Source: an uncultured Nitrospiraceae bacterium (GTDB lineage Bacteria; Nitrospirota; Thermodesulfovibrionia; Thermodesulfovibrionales; SM23-35). From it: a DNA stretch of 64,000 nt. The stretch covers positions 160,001-224,000 of the forward strand of contig CAVSHB010000003.1 of the NCBI GenBank assembly GCA_963727775.1. The letters run 5' to 3'. Positions 50,339-60,650 of this stretch are shown piece by piece (position 1 is the stretch's first letter; each line of letters begins with the position of its first letter). Under the pieces are notes generated by a model. The model saw only the letters and a list, made by a program, of their open reading frames with translations. It had not been told where the DNA came from and did no database searches. A program made the position numbers and the translations under genes.

Positions 50339-52777
50339 TTAATTACCCGCCATATAATCCAAGGTAATGGTTACCGTCCGGTTGAATGCCCGGTTTTCCG
50401 ATGTCGTATTATCATACAAGGGTTCACTGGAACCGACGCCCCTGTGACGGAGACGTTCGCCGGAGTCTTCCCCGTAGGCTGCGGTCAGTAACTTGTACAC
50501 CGCCAGAGCCCTGCGCTCGGACAGCTTCATATTATAGTCGTCCTTGCCGATGTTGTCGGTATGGCCGACGATGTCAACCGTCGCCTGCGGGAGCACTTTA
50601 ATTCGCTCGACGATTGTACTAACAATCGCCTGGTTTCGGGCATCGATAGCATCGCTGTCGAAGTCGAACAGGATCAGTGCGTATTTCTCCTGAACATGGA
50701 AATCCTTCTTCTGCGCCAACAGCTGGCTGGTTTGAATGAAATTGACCTTGACCGGACCGGCCGTCATTGCCAGTGTCTGCCCCTTGCTGTCATGTACTGT
50801 CATACCGATTGTAATGTCGCCGCCAGAGGCCAGTTCATTGAGATTGCCGGTGTTCAACGGTACTTTAATCTCCGCCCCGGGCGTTCCCTCGCCGGCCACT
50901 TCAGCCAGTTTCTGCTTGCCGTTGGAGACATCCACCGTCCATTGCGCAACCCCATGGGCCGCGGTGACGGCCGGATGAAGGTTTAGCGCCGAGGTGTCGA
51001 TCCTTGTCGTGAAATATGTGCTTCTTATCAGGTCGAGGATTGCAGGATCCTCAGAGTAGATCTCGACCCGGCGGTTATCCGCCCTCCCCTCTTCCAACCG
51101 ACTCGTGCTCGGCATTTTCGGCAGGTTGCGAGCTTCGATGCGGATTCGCTCGTCGGCGATCCCCCATGCTGTCTGCAGGTAGTCCCGGACAGCCTCGGCC
51201 CGCTTTGTCGAGAGCTTGAGGTTCCCCTTCTCGACACCGATGTTGTCATTGCATCCCGTCAGAGTAATTGTAGCCTGCGGGTGGTCAATCAGGCGCTTGC
51301 CGATTATGTTCAGCACCTGATAATACTTTTCGAGAGTGTCGCGGAATCGATGTTCATCAAATACCGCTCTTTCTTCCGCCGCTGCGAGGCGTTTATATTG
51401 CGCGGCCAAGTCGCTCTCGCCCTTTGGGAAATATATGTGTCCGAGCATCGGCGAGGCATCTATGGTCTTGATCTCCTCGATGGTCAGACTGGCGGGTACA
51501 ACAGCCAGGCTCCCCGTGGTTCTGAAGTGGTTGACTTTGATCGGCGGAGCGGTCAGAACAACGTTCTGCCCTTTACTGTCCAAAACCTCCATGCTGACGT
51601 TTATGTCGCCCCCCACGGCCAACCGACCAAGGTCGTCCTTTTTGAGTGGAATCACAATTTCCACCGGAGGGTTCCCTTCACCGGCCTTGTCTGCCAGTGT
51701 GCCGCCGGTATTGGCAAGTGTCAATTTCCAGCGCGCGATGCTATAGACCGTGTCCACCACCGGGTGCAGCGTCAACTCGGAAGTATCGATGCGGCTGATG
51801 ACGGAAGCGCCTTTTGCTGCAGCAGTTCCCGCTTGCGGCGGGGCACTAATGGCTTCGATCTCATCAATGTTCAAACTGGCAGGGGCAACCGCCAGTTTCC
51901 CGGTAGTCGGAAACAGGTAGCTGACCACATAGTAGTATTGCATCTTCGAAGCAACGCTCTGGAAGATAGGCACCAGGCTGGTCTCAGACTCCGCCTTCCA
52001 GATCTGTCCGTGATTCCCCTCAGCGAAGGACTTTAGAAACGAGTCTATCGTTGCACCTGGCATGAAGTCGATCGCATAGGCATCGAAACGCGCCAGTCCT
52101 TCCGTGGACCTGATCACGGCATCTCGATTGTAGACGCTGTTGATGTCTTCCCCGTCGGAGAACACCACCATAAACCTGGGCTCGTTTTCCGGCATCGCGC
52201 GGATGAGGTCGAGACCGGCCAGCATCGCCTCGTACAACACGGTCGTTGAGGTTGTGCCGTTACGGTAGACATCCGCGACGAAGCTTTTCAACTCAACGGG
52301 CTGGTTAGACTTGAATATCCGCACATGCAGGCTGCGGCCTCCCATGTTTATCTTCTCCTCCTCAGTAAAAACCACGATCTGCACATGGTCGATCGGCCGT
52401 ACAATCTTCAGCAGTTCGTCTACTCCAGCGAGCAGTGGTTTCACGGCGTAGCGCTCGATCATGGAATATGAGTTGTCCAGAACCATGACGATATTGCGCG
52501 GCACCTCCAAGGTCTGCTCAATTGGTCGCACCGAGGTAATTTTGGCGGTTTTCCCTTTGGTCGTTACAACAAAGTCGCTGCTGGTTAAGCCGAACACTGG
52601 GTTCTTCGCAGCGTCACTTACAGAGAGGAGCACCTTGCCTTCATCGATCACATGCTCCATGGTCACGATAACGCCCGGCTTGCTCACGCTGACCTGCAGC
52701 TCTGCCCCAACGGCCACAGCAGTCTGGCCGACAAACAACAAGCTCAACAACAGAATCAAAATCCATCTCGTTCGCAT
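50339..52777 (-). CDS. Exported VWA-domain protein with two OmpA-like peptidoglycan-binding domains
   Basis: Signal peptide; MIDAS-like VLDNSYSM and FSDGED; NLKLSTKRAEAV...DNRRVEI; GHTDNIG...LSERRA...NRTVTI. Confidence 0.85.
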   Translation of the reverse strand: MRTRWILILLLSLLFVGQTAVAVGAELQVSVSKPGVIVTMEHVIDEGKVLLSVSDAAKNPVFGLTSSDFVVTTKGKTAKITSVRPIEQTLEVPRNIVMVLDNSYSMIERYAVKPLLAGVDELLKIVRPIDHVQIVVFTEEEKINMGGRSLHVRIFKSNQPVELKSFVADVYRNGTTSTTVLYEAMLAGLDLIRAMPENEPRFMVVFSDGEDINSVYNRDAVIRSTEGLARFDAYAIDFMPGATIDSFLKSFAEGNHGQIWKAESETSLVPIFQSVASKMQYYYVVSYLFPTTGKLAVAPASLNIDEIEAISAPPQAGTAAAKGASVISRIDTSELTLHPVVDTVYSIARWKLTLANTGGTLADKAGEGNPPVEIVIPLKKDDLGRLAVGGDINVSMEVLDSKGQNVVLTAPPIKVNHFRTTGSLAVVPASLTIEEIKTIDASPMLGHIYFPKGESDLAAQYKRLAAAEERAVFDEHRFRDTLEKYYQVLNIIGKRLIDHPQATITLTGCNDNIGVEKGNLKLSTKRAEAVRDYLQTAWGIADERIRIEARNLPKMPSTSRLEEGRADNRRVEIYSEDPAILDLIRSTYFTTRIDTSALNLHPAVTAAHGVAQWTVDVSNGKQKLAEVAGEGTPGAEIKVPLNTGNLNELASGGDITIGMTVHDSKGQTLAMTAGPVKVNFIQTSQLLAQKKDFHVQEKYALILFDFDSDAIDARNQAIVSTIVERIKVLPQATVDIVGHTDNIGKDDYNMKLSERRALAVYKLLTAAYGEDSGERLRHRGVGSSEPLYDNTTSENRAFNRTVTITLDYMAGN

Positions 52778-53038
52778 TCCATCCTCCTTACAAATTCGGT
52801 CACTATTCCTATCGCTATCGTGATAATTATATCAAAAGAGGAAACGTAATATAGGATATATGTCTGCTTTCTTCAAAATTAGTCAATTGAACCTGGAATA
52901 ATGTCATCCTTATAGGGTGCGGGCAACGGGGTCTTTCTTCTTACGGTCAAAGCTGGAGGTTGAGTCTGCCATCACAACAGTTTCCGCTTGTACTCCAGAG
53001 ATTAGGCAGAATATTCAGAAGTCTCAGTTTCTATGCGT

Positions 53039-53065
53039 AGAACTAAACCGCTGCGCGGTGGTAAC
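53039..53065 (+). repeat. 27-bp direct repeat, copy 2
   Basis: Identical to 44681-44707. Confidence 0.9.
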
Positions 53066-53223
53066 GAGGCGTCGATCTTTTCTGGATAAAGATAGACCTT
53101 TTTCTGAGTTGTAGAAGTTAGCCCGTTATCTCCCCCCTTGTTGAAGAGTCGAAGTCTTTTTACAATCTCCTTTGTTTCCCCGTCGGCCTTCGTCGGCGCA
53201 TATCGATTCAAAGGAGATGTAAT

Positions 53224-54066
53224 ATGAGCACGTGGAGAGAACAGATGTTGACAGACCTTTAGTTGAAAGGCATCACCCCCAGGACCCAGAATAAATATCT
53301 CAGAGAGGTTAACATGAAGGCGGATTATTTTGATAAACCGCTTGAGGAACTTAGGGAGAAAGAAGTAAAGGATTATCTGGTTCATATGCTGGATACCAGG
53401 AAGTTATCAAGAGGTACGTACAGAGGCTATGTGGCAGGAATCAAGTTTTTGTATAAGACAACCTTAAATCGTGAAGAGGTGGTAGAGAAGATCCAATATC
53501 CGAAGGCCAAAAAAACGCTGCCCGTAGTGCTGGATCTTGCTGAAATCAAGACTTTGCTTTCCGTCATGGAGAATCTTAAGCACAGGGCGCTGCTGACGAT
53601 TACCTATTCCGCAGGACTGAGAGTCAGCGAAGCAGCAAAGCTGAAGGTGACCGATATAGACAGCAAGCGGATGATGGTACGTGTGCAACAGGGCAAGGGT
53701 AGGAAGGACCGCTATAGCATCCTGTCGCAAACCGCCCTCGAGTTATTGAGGCAATACTGGCGGCAGTATCGTCCAAAGGAATGGTTATTCGAGGGACAGA
53801 AAGAAGGTACCCACATATGCTATACGGCGATACGGCAGATATTTGTTGAAGCCATGAAGAGGGCTGGCATTACAAAACCGGCGAGCCCTCATACCCTAAG
53901 GCACAGTTTTGCCACTCATCTGATAGAGGCGGGGACCAGCCTGCACCATGTCCAGTTGCTCCTGGGCCACAGGTCTCCCACAACCACAACCGTTTATCTT
54001 CATGTCAGCAAGATGAACCTCGCACAGGTCACCAGTCCCCTCGATAGTATACCCGAAGAGCTTTAA
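53224..54066 (+). pseudogene. Tyrosine recombinase (IS91-associated) with early in-frame TAG
   Basis: AAGGAG RBS and ATG 53224 give MSTWREQMLTDL*LKGITPRTQ; catalytic motifs YSAGLRVSE, HTLRHSFATH, LLGH, TTVY are intact. Confidence 0.85.
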
Positions 54067-55158
54067 AGCTTTTAACGGTATCATCGATGCGGACGTCTCA
54101 GGGCGTCGAGGTGGCCGATATCTTCCGTCAGTACGGTCAAGATCCCACCGGATGCCTATTAATCATCTGCGTGCTATGCACGCCATTGAGGTGTGCAGGA
54201 CTGCAATTCTTGGCGGACATAGGTATAAGTACACTTGCGGCCATGTAGACACATCTTACAACTCTTGCCGGAACAGGCACTGTCCCAAGTGTCAGACACT
54301 GCAGAAGGAAAAGTGGATAGAGGCCAGGTGTGAGAAGACCTATTGCCCATTCAATACTTCCAATGTGGGCTTCACCATACCATCAGAGTTAAATCCCCTG
54401 GTCATTATGAACCAGAGGGTCATGTACAACATATTATTCTGCTCGGTATCCGAGACACTTATGGAGCTCTCCAATAATCCGAAACACCTCGGCGCACATA
54501 CAGGCTTTATCGGCATCCTTCACACCTGGGGACAAAACCTTATGGATCATCCCCATATTCACTGTGTCGTACCCGGCGGCGGATTGTCACCTGATGGAAA
54601 ACATTGGGTATCGTGCAGGAAAGGTTTTTTCATGCCTGTAAGGGTTATGTCCTCATTGTTCAGGGGCAAGTTCCTGGACCATCTCAAAAACAGGTTTGAA
54701 TCAGGTGATCTTATCTTCCCTGGCGGTATCCGTCATCTTAAAGACCCCGGAACCTTTGAGGTGTTCAGAGGACAGTTCTACCATAAGAAGTGGGTTGTAT
54801 ATTGCAAGCCGCCTTTTGACGGCGCCGAGGGTGTCTTTAAGTATCTGGGCAGATATACCCACAGGATTGCTATCAGTAATAATCGTGTCCTAAACGTTGA
54901 AGACGGCAATGTTTCCTTCCGCTGGCGGGACTATGCCGATGGTGATAAACAAAAGATCATGACTCTTAAGGCCGATGAGTTCATAAGAAGGTTCCTTCTT
55001 CATGTGCTTCCGCATCGATTTGTGCGCATAAGATTATGTGTTTAAGCACATAACCTGATTTATGTTATATATTCACTTATGTTGCGTCGTTTGTGAAAGG
55101 CCTTGTTATTGCACAATGTCATCGTTAACGACACAACATAAGTAAATCCCTCTTCGGG

Positions 55159-56154
55159 TTAAAGTGCTTTTAAGAATGCCATCAACCCCGGCTGATCTTT
55201 CCACCGTCTTGATTGCTCTGAAGTAAATATCTCACAGTGGGCAAGTGCCTTTGCCTTCATTTCGAGATCGACCTCAGCATAGACATTTGTGGTATCTAGC
55301 GACACATGCCCCAGCCATGCACGGATTGTATTAATATCCACACCTGCGCGAAGAAGGTGAACTGCGCAGGTATGACGAATTATATGTGCACTGACTCTTT
55401 TCGTTCTCATTGAGGGGACTTTGTTGCTTGCTTTGATAACATAACGCCTAACGAGGGCATGAATGCCGAAGCGAGTGATTGTCTGCCCCCGACAGTTGAG
55501 GAAAACCTGTTCGCTATCCTGGCGATCGGCAATGAGAGTGCGTAAAGTATTGGCTGTTAAAGACCATAAAGGACAGATTCGTGTCTTGCCTCCCTTGCCT
55601 TTAATCTTGACTGAAAGCGAATAATCCAGGTCGAGATCGTCTACAGTCATATTCGCAGCTTCATGGGCGCGGGCGCCAGTATTGTAAAGAAAAAGAAGTA
55701 CGGCATAATCTCTAAAGCCTTGTTTGGTGGAAGTAACGGGAGCATTAAGCAGGGCATCCATTTCTTGTTTGTCGAGATAAGACATCGCAGCCTTTGCAGT
55801 TTTTTTGAAAGGGATAGCTCTGATCTGTCCACACCAGATGATGTGTTCCGGACATCGTTCGCCGATAAAACCGGCGAGGGCGTGAATTGCGGCAAGGCGC
55901 TGGTTGCGAGTGGCTATAGAACAGGATCGATGCTCCTCTATATAAAGCAGAAAAAGACGAATTACCTCAGGGGATATATGCTCTACAAGCAGCTTGTCTA
56001 TAGGTTTTCTGACCTTCTCAGCGATGAAAGGGAGCATCAAGGCCAGAGCATCGCGATAACTGGATTGTGTATTTAGCGACAGATTACGCTCTTCCACCAA
56101 GTATTCCATAAGGAAGCGTCGCACCCAATATCCGATAGAAGTTACGTTAGACAT
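55159..56154 (-). CDS. RitC-type tyrosine recombinase
   Basis: TRNQRLAAIH, LYNTGAR, HIIRHTCA, WLGHVSLDTTNVY. Confidence 0.9.
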   Translation of the reverse strand: MSNVTSIGYWVRRFLMEYLVEERNLSLNTQSSYRDALALMLPFIAEKVRKPIDKLLVEHISPEVIRLFLLYIEEHRSCSIATRNQRLAAIHALAGFIGERCPEHIIWCGQIRAIPFKKTAKAAMSYLDKQEMDALLNAPVTSTKQGFRDYAVLLFLYNTGARAHEAANMTVDDLDLDYSLSVKIKGKGGKTRICPLWSLTANTLRTLIADRQDSEQVFLNCRGQTITRFGIHALVRRYVIKASNKVPSMRTKRVSAHIIRHTCAVHLLRAGVDINTIRAWLGHVSLDTTNVYAEVDLEMKAKALAHCEIFTSEQSRRWKDQPGLMAFLKAL

Positions 56155-57091
56155 GATTCACGTCCGATAGAACATAATGTTCAAAACGCAAATTTGCTTC
56201 CCGCAAAAGATCAGGAGTCATGCTCAAATAGCATTGGGTCTCCGCCACATCAGTATGGCCCAAATAGGTTGATAATTGAGGCAGCAAGCGCTGGACATCA
56301 GCGCCTTCCCGGTACCAGGCTTCAAGACGGTGAACTGAAAAAGTGTGACGAAGGTCGTGAATCCTGGGATAGTATCGAGTGCCGTCCCGGCGAGGCATCC
56401 CGGATAGGTTTCGCAAACGACTGAAAGTTTTTTGCATGCGGCCATAGGATAAAGCGTGGCCAGTGCGTGTGGCAAAAAAGGCGGAATCTTCCTTAAGTCG
56501 GCAGGGCAACAGTCGCCTTTTTCCCAGATAGGAGTCAAGGTGGTCAGTTAACCGAGGGCCGATGGGTACGAGACGTGTCTTATAGAATTTGGTATTGCGC
56601 ACTGTGATAAGGCTATCCGAAACGTTAACATCAGCAATCGTTAGAGAAAGCGCTTCGCTGATACGAAGGCCTGTTCCATAAAGGGTAAGCAAAATGGTTC
56701 GGAAGGTGGTTGCCTGAAGAGGACTTATTGGGGATTTAAGCGAGTTGGTAGCGGAAAGGAGGCGGTGCAGTTCCTCGGTGGTGTAAATATATGGTTCCAG
56801 AGTCGCCGGACGTTTAGGTACCATCTTTGGAAGCGGAGACTTGTCGATATGACCATGGGTCAGAGCAAAGCGATAGAAACCACAGAGGACTTCATACTTC
56901 CGGTGCCAGAAGGTAGTGATCGGACCTTCACCTGCAAGGAATGCTGCTGCAGTATCGGGATTAACTTCTTCGATCTCTATATCGCCCATAGCTTTGCAAA
57001 AAGATCTGAGTACCACAGCATCAGACCGGTAACACATACCAATGGACTGTTTTAGCGACACATACTCGGTAACAAGTTCTGAGAGTTTCAT
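56147..57091 (-). CDS. RitB-type tyrosine recombinase
   Basis: YGTGLRISEA, TKFYKTRLVP, PRIHDLRHTF, LSTYLGH. Confidence 0.9.
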   Translation of the reverse strand: MKLSELVTEYVSLKQSIGMCYRSDAVVLRSFCKAMGDIEIEEVNPDTAAAFLAGEGPITTFWHRKYEVLCGFYRFALTHGHIDKSPLPKMVPKRPATLEPYIYTTEELHRLLSATNSLKSPISPLQATTFRTILLTLYGTGLRISEALSLTIADVNVSDSLITVRNTKFYKTRLVPIGPRLTDHLDSYLGKRRLLPCRLKEDSAFFATRTGHALSYGRMQKTFSRLRNLSGMPRRDGTRYYPRIHDLRHTFSVHRLEAWYREGADVQRLLPQLSTYLGHTDVAETQCYLSMTPDLLREANLRFEHYVLSDVNHV

Positions 57092-58328
57092 TCCAGCCCT
57101 CCCATATCAAACTTAGCTACCTCGCGAAGACCTGACAGATTCACCTTGGCATAGATCCTCGTGGAGAGAGAACTTCGATGCCCTAGGTGATCGCCGACCT
57201 CCTTGAGGGAGAAGCCCTCGGCAACCAGGTGGGCGGCGCACGCATGCCGCAATGAGTGGGGCCCATGATGGTGAGTGCGTATCCCGAGCTTCACCATTCT
57301 GTTACTGACCACAGGATAAAGTGCTCCTAATGAAAAAGGACGATATGGGGGCAAGAGAGTGAGAAATATCTCTCGATATGAAGAGTGGGGACGCACTTCC
57401 TGTAAATAGCGGATTATCGCGTTGCCTACTATTGGGATCAATGGGTATGTTTGTCTTCCTCTCAGCTTAACTCGGGGTACCGACATAAGTCTCTGTTCCC
57501 AGTCGATATCGTCAAGCCTGAGAGTTGCTACCTCAGTTGATCTCAACCCATAGATCGCAAAAAGCATCACGATGGGTTTGTCTCGTATGTCACTGGCTTG
57601 ATCTGTCTCCATGCTCTCTATCAAGAGTCTCACGTTTCCCCAAGATGGTCCCGACGGCAATTGTTCTTGGGCAAAGATACGAGGGCCACGTATATCGGGG
57701 GCAATTGAAGACGAACACCACCCCCGTGAAGCCGCGTACTTGAAAAAGGCCTTCAGCGCGGTCGCCATGTGTTTAACCGATATGCGACAATTGCCCTTGT
57801 CACCGTAATGGGTAAGAAACGCGTCAATATCTTTGAGGCAAACGGCTGAGATATCACAACTCCGAGTGCCATACCAGCGTAGAAACCGTTCAACGTAAGA
57901 GCAGTTCCCTCGGATAGTCTGAGAAGTGAACCCTCGTTCGTTCTTCATCCATGTCCTGAAATCTTCAAGCAAATGACCAAACGGAATGGAAGTATCTTCT
58001 CTCCAACAGCCCAAAAAACGTAGCCACGATCTTGCTGCATTGACAAAGCGACTGCGAGTACAGTGCGGATTAAGCGCTTTTCCCCAATATCGTTCCCGTT
58101 CTGTCCATCCTCGGGCAACAGCTCGACCTGATTCAGGGTTACTCCGTTTTCAAAAGAAATACGTAGCTTCTTTGCGACCCATAAAAGTTCTCGCGCAATG
58201 TTCTGTAAAGTCGAGAGAGAATATCCTTCTTGCTCGCAGTGCTTAAGATAACGCTCCCTCTCCTCTTTGTACGGGGCCTTCTTGTGACGGGATAGAATTG
58301 AGAGTTTTGTGTAAAGCTTTTCAAACAT
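57088..58328 (-). pseudogene. RitA-type tyrosine recombinase, 1-bp frameshift near 58120
   Basis: N-terminus MFEKLY...ERERYLKH (GGAGG RBS) joins AVARGW...SWLRFLGCW in another frame; YGLRSTEV, HSLRHACA, LGHRS, TRIYAK. Confidence 0.85.
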
Positions 58329-59106
58329 GACCGGACCTCCTCTAATAGAGACTTTCCAGCCATATAACGGCAATTACTTATGTGTTGTCAAATCAAAAAT
58401 AATCATTGCAAATTAAGAAAATTGACTGACTTCACAACATAAGTGAATACATAACATAAATCAGGCACTTCGGACTCCTCGCAAACAGAAAGCGTAAAGA
58501 CAACATCGCGCTATGCCGTAAGCTCATCGGCAGTTGTAAAACCGAAACAAAAGAAGAAGAAGAAGAAAAATCAGAGACCTGGCAGGATCAGTTGCTCAGA
58601 ATCTACGGTATCGATATCAATACCTGCCCGGTTTGCAAGAAGGGCACAATGGTCACGATTGAGTATTTGCTCCCTTCCAGGTGCAATAGCCCTCCGGATC
58701 GATACTGATGCACACCGGCGATAGCTCAAAAATCATAGCTCTATCAACCTGCGAAAACAGCATCCTGTTTCGCTATGCTCCCCTATTGTCTGAAATCAGA
58801 CCTTGGGATACTATCCAGCTGCAATGGTCGCAATCTCAGCCTCAATTTTCGTATCAGGATGATCTCATGCAGATCAAAATAAGACAGATGCTCCATAAAC
58901 CATATCCTCTTCGATAGAAAAAGTTCCGGGAGAATTAATCGAATCCCCATATCCGGCGCACCGGCTTAGTTATATATAGAAATGGCATAAGATCAAACTT
59001 CCCCATTCAATCATAAGGGAGACTAATTTTATAGCTATTAAAAAATAGAAACCTCCTGTAAGAATAAGTTTATGGAGAAACAAAATTCTTTTGACAGGAG
59101 GTTTCT

Positions 59107-60399
59107 ATGGAACAAGTAGATGGTATCAGACTTAGGGAGTTTCGACAAGTCAAGAAAGAGATACGTGGCTCCGATCAGTATTTGATCATCGGCATCGACG
59201 TGGCTAAAGAGAAGCACAATGCCTTTTTCGGCACGGCTAACGGCAAAACGCTGCACAAGGGAGTGATCTTTGACAACACGATTGAAGGATTCGAGAAACT
59301 GCTGACGCTGACAGAAGCGCTTAAGGTCCAGCATGACCTTACAAAGGTGGTCTTTGGTCTTGAGCCCACAGCCAATTACCATAAGCCTCTGGGAGAGCAT
59401 CTTATTAAGTGTGGGCATATGGTTGTTTTGGTAGCGGGGACGGCAGTAAAAAACAACCGCACGCTTCTGGATGGCAGATGGGATAAGCACGACACCAAGG
59501 ATTCCTCTAACGTAGCCGACCTCATTTCCCAAGGGAAATTCCTATTCTATGAATATCCGGATCCGAAGATGCGGGATCTGAGGAATCTCCTTTCCTTAAA
59601 GAGACGACTCAAGAAAGAGGAACATGGCCTCCGGGTTCGCATCCGCAATCAGCTTCTGGCCCAGTATTTCCCTGAAATGGACCGCCACTTCGGCCCAGCG
59701 GTGAGCATGGCTGTAGTCGGACGCTGTCTTAATCCCTCGGTGATCGCCGGGATGGAATTCGATGAATTCCGCAGGCACGTTGCCCTCAGCAGAATGAATA
59801 TTGCCCAACAAAAGCTGCTGCAGGCGATCTGGCAGATAGCCCCTGATTCCATTGGATGTTATGTAGGAGACGCAGTGCCGTTCGAGGCGAAGGTGATGGT
59901 ATCCATGCTTAATCAGGTGCGAGAGACGATCAAAGAGGTGGAAGATAAAATAGAGGATATGTGCCTACAGTTTCCGGAATACCCATGCCTTTTGAGTATC
60001 CCTGGCTTTGGGCCGGATGTCTCATCAAAGGTTCTCGGGGCGATAGGTAATCCCTTTCGCTTTACGAGCGACAAGCAGGTCCTGAAGATGGCTGGTTTCG
60101 ACCTTTGCGCGGAGCGAAGCGGAAAGACTTCAAACAGCGTAACGCCGGTAATCTCCAAACAAGGGAAAGCCGATCTTCGCTACGCCTTATATCAGGCTGC
60201 TCTAATCGCTTCCTTTCATAACAAAGATTTTACGATTTATTACACCAATAAGCTCAGAGGTCGGCAGAGGGAAAAGGGAATTAGTACGAAGATGCGTGTA
60301 AAGATAGCCGCAAAGCTTTTGGTTATCGCATGGACCTTGATGAAAAAGAAGGAGCTATTCGATCCAAAATATCTCAATAAGGGGGATATCCAAATATAG
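59107..60399 (+). CDS. IS110-family DEDD recombinase/transposase
   Basis: IGIDVAK, GLEPTANYH, KHDTKDS, LLSIPGFG, AERSGK, ISKQG. Confidence 0.95.
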   Translation: MEQVDGIRLREFRQVKKEIRGSDQYLIIGIDVAKEKHNAFFGTANGKTLHKGVIFDNTIEGFEKLLTLTEALKVQHDLTKVVFGLEPTANYHKPLGEHLIKCGHMVVLVAGTAVKNNRTLLDGRWDKHDTKDSSNVADLISQGKFLFYEYPDPKMRDLRNLLSLKRRLKKEEHGLRVRIRNQLLAQYFPEMDRHFGPAVSMAVVGRCLNPSVIAGMEFDEFRRHVALSRMNIAQQKLLQAIWQIAPDSIGCYVGDAVPFEAKVMVSMLNQVRETIKEVEDKIEDMCLQFPEYPCLLSIPGFGPDVSSKVLGAIGNPFRFTSDKQVLKMAGFDLCAERSGKTSNSVTPVISKQGKADLRYALYQAALIASFHNKDFTIYYTNKLRGRQREKGISTKMRVKIAAKLLVIAWTLMKKKELFDPKYLNKGDIQI

Positions 60400-60464
60400 G
60401 CCACATCAAAAGAACTTAACTGAGGGCTTCCTGTGAAGCCGTTTCTGTTCTGGAGGCCCCAAAA

Positions 60465-60650
60465 ACAAGACGCAGAGAGCCCGAGCTTGGCTTAGTTGAG
60501 GCGAAAGACCTCGTGGAGAACAATATAGGGCCTATCACTGAACTTGAGAGTCTGGATAAGGGATGATGGGCGGTACGCTCAATGCGGAACACGTCGGATA
60601 AACGTAACTATCAGAGATCAAGTTCGATTGTAGTGAGAGAGTGCGTCGAG
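60465..60650 (+). ncRNA. Putative bridge RNA of IS110 element 2
   Basis: GGCTTAGTT-[GAGG CGAAAGA CCTC]-GTGGAGAAC loop matches the insertion site; outer pairing GACGCA/TGCGTC; boundaries approximate. Confidence 0.8.

Larger units (their letters stand above)
55034..58465 (-). mobile_element. RIT (recombinase-in-trio) element
   Basis: Three overlapping tyrosine recombinases; 31-bp inverted repeats 55054-55084 and 58435-58465 (1 mismatch); 20-bp near-palindrome 55034-55053. Confidence 0.9.
54087..58708 (+). pseudogene. IS91-family transposase, frameshifted and split by the RIT element
   Basis: EVADIFRQYG, SCRNRHCPKCQ, LHTWG, HPHIH (HUH), YLGRYTHR (Y2). RFVRIR (to 55033) rejoins HFGLLAN...CPVC (58466-58708). 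Confidence 0.9.

Noticed and set aside
53260..53262. In-frame TAG as pyrrolysine or programmed readthrough
   Set aside because: A simple nonsense mutation (probably CAG to TAG) in an element with other lesions explains it; no pyl genes in the window.
58551..58570. GAA trinucleotide run
   Set aside because: Encodes a poly-Glu linker in the transposase C-terminus; no sign of phase variation.
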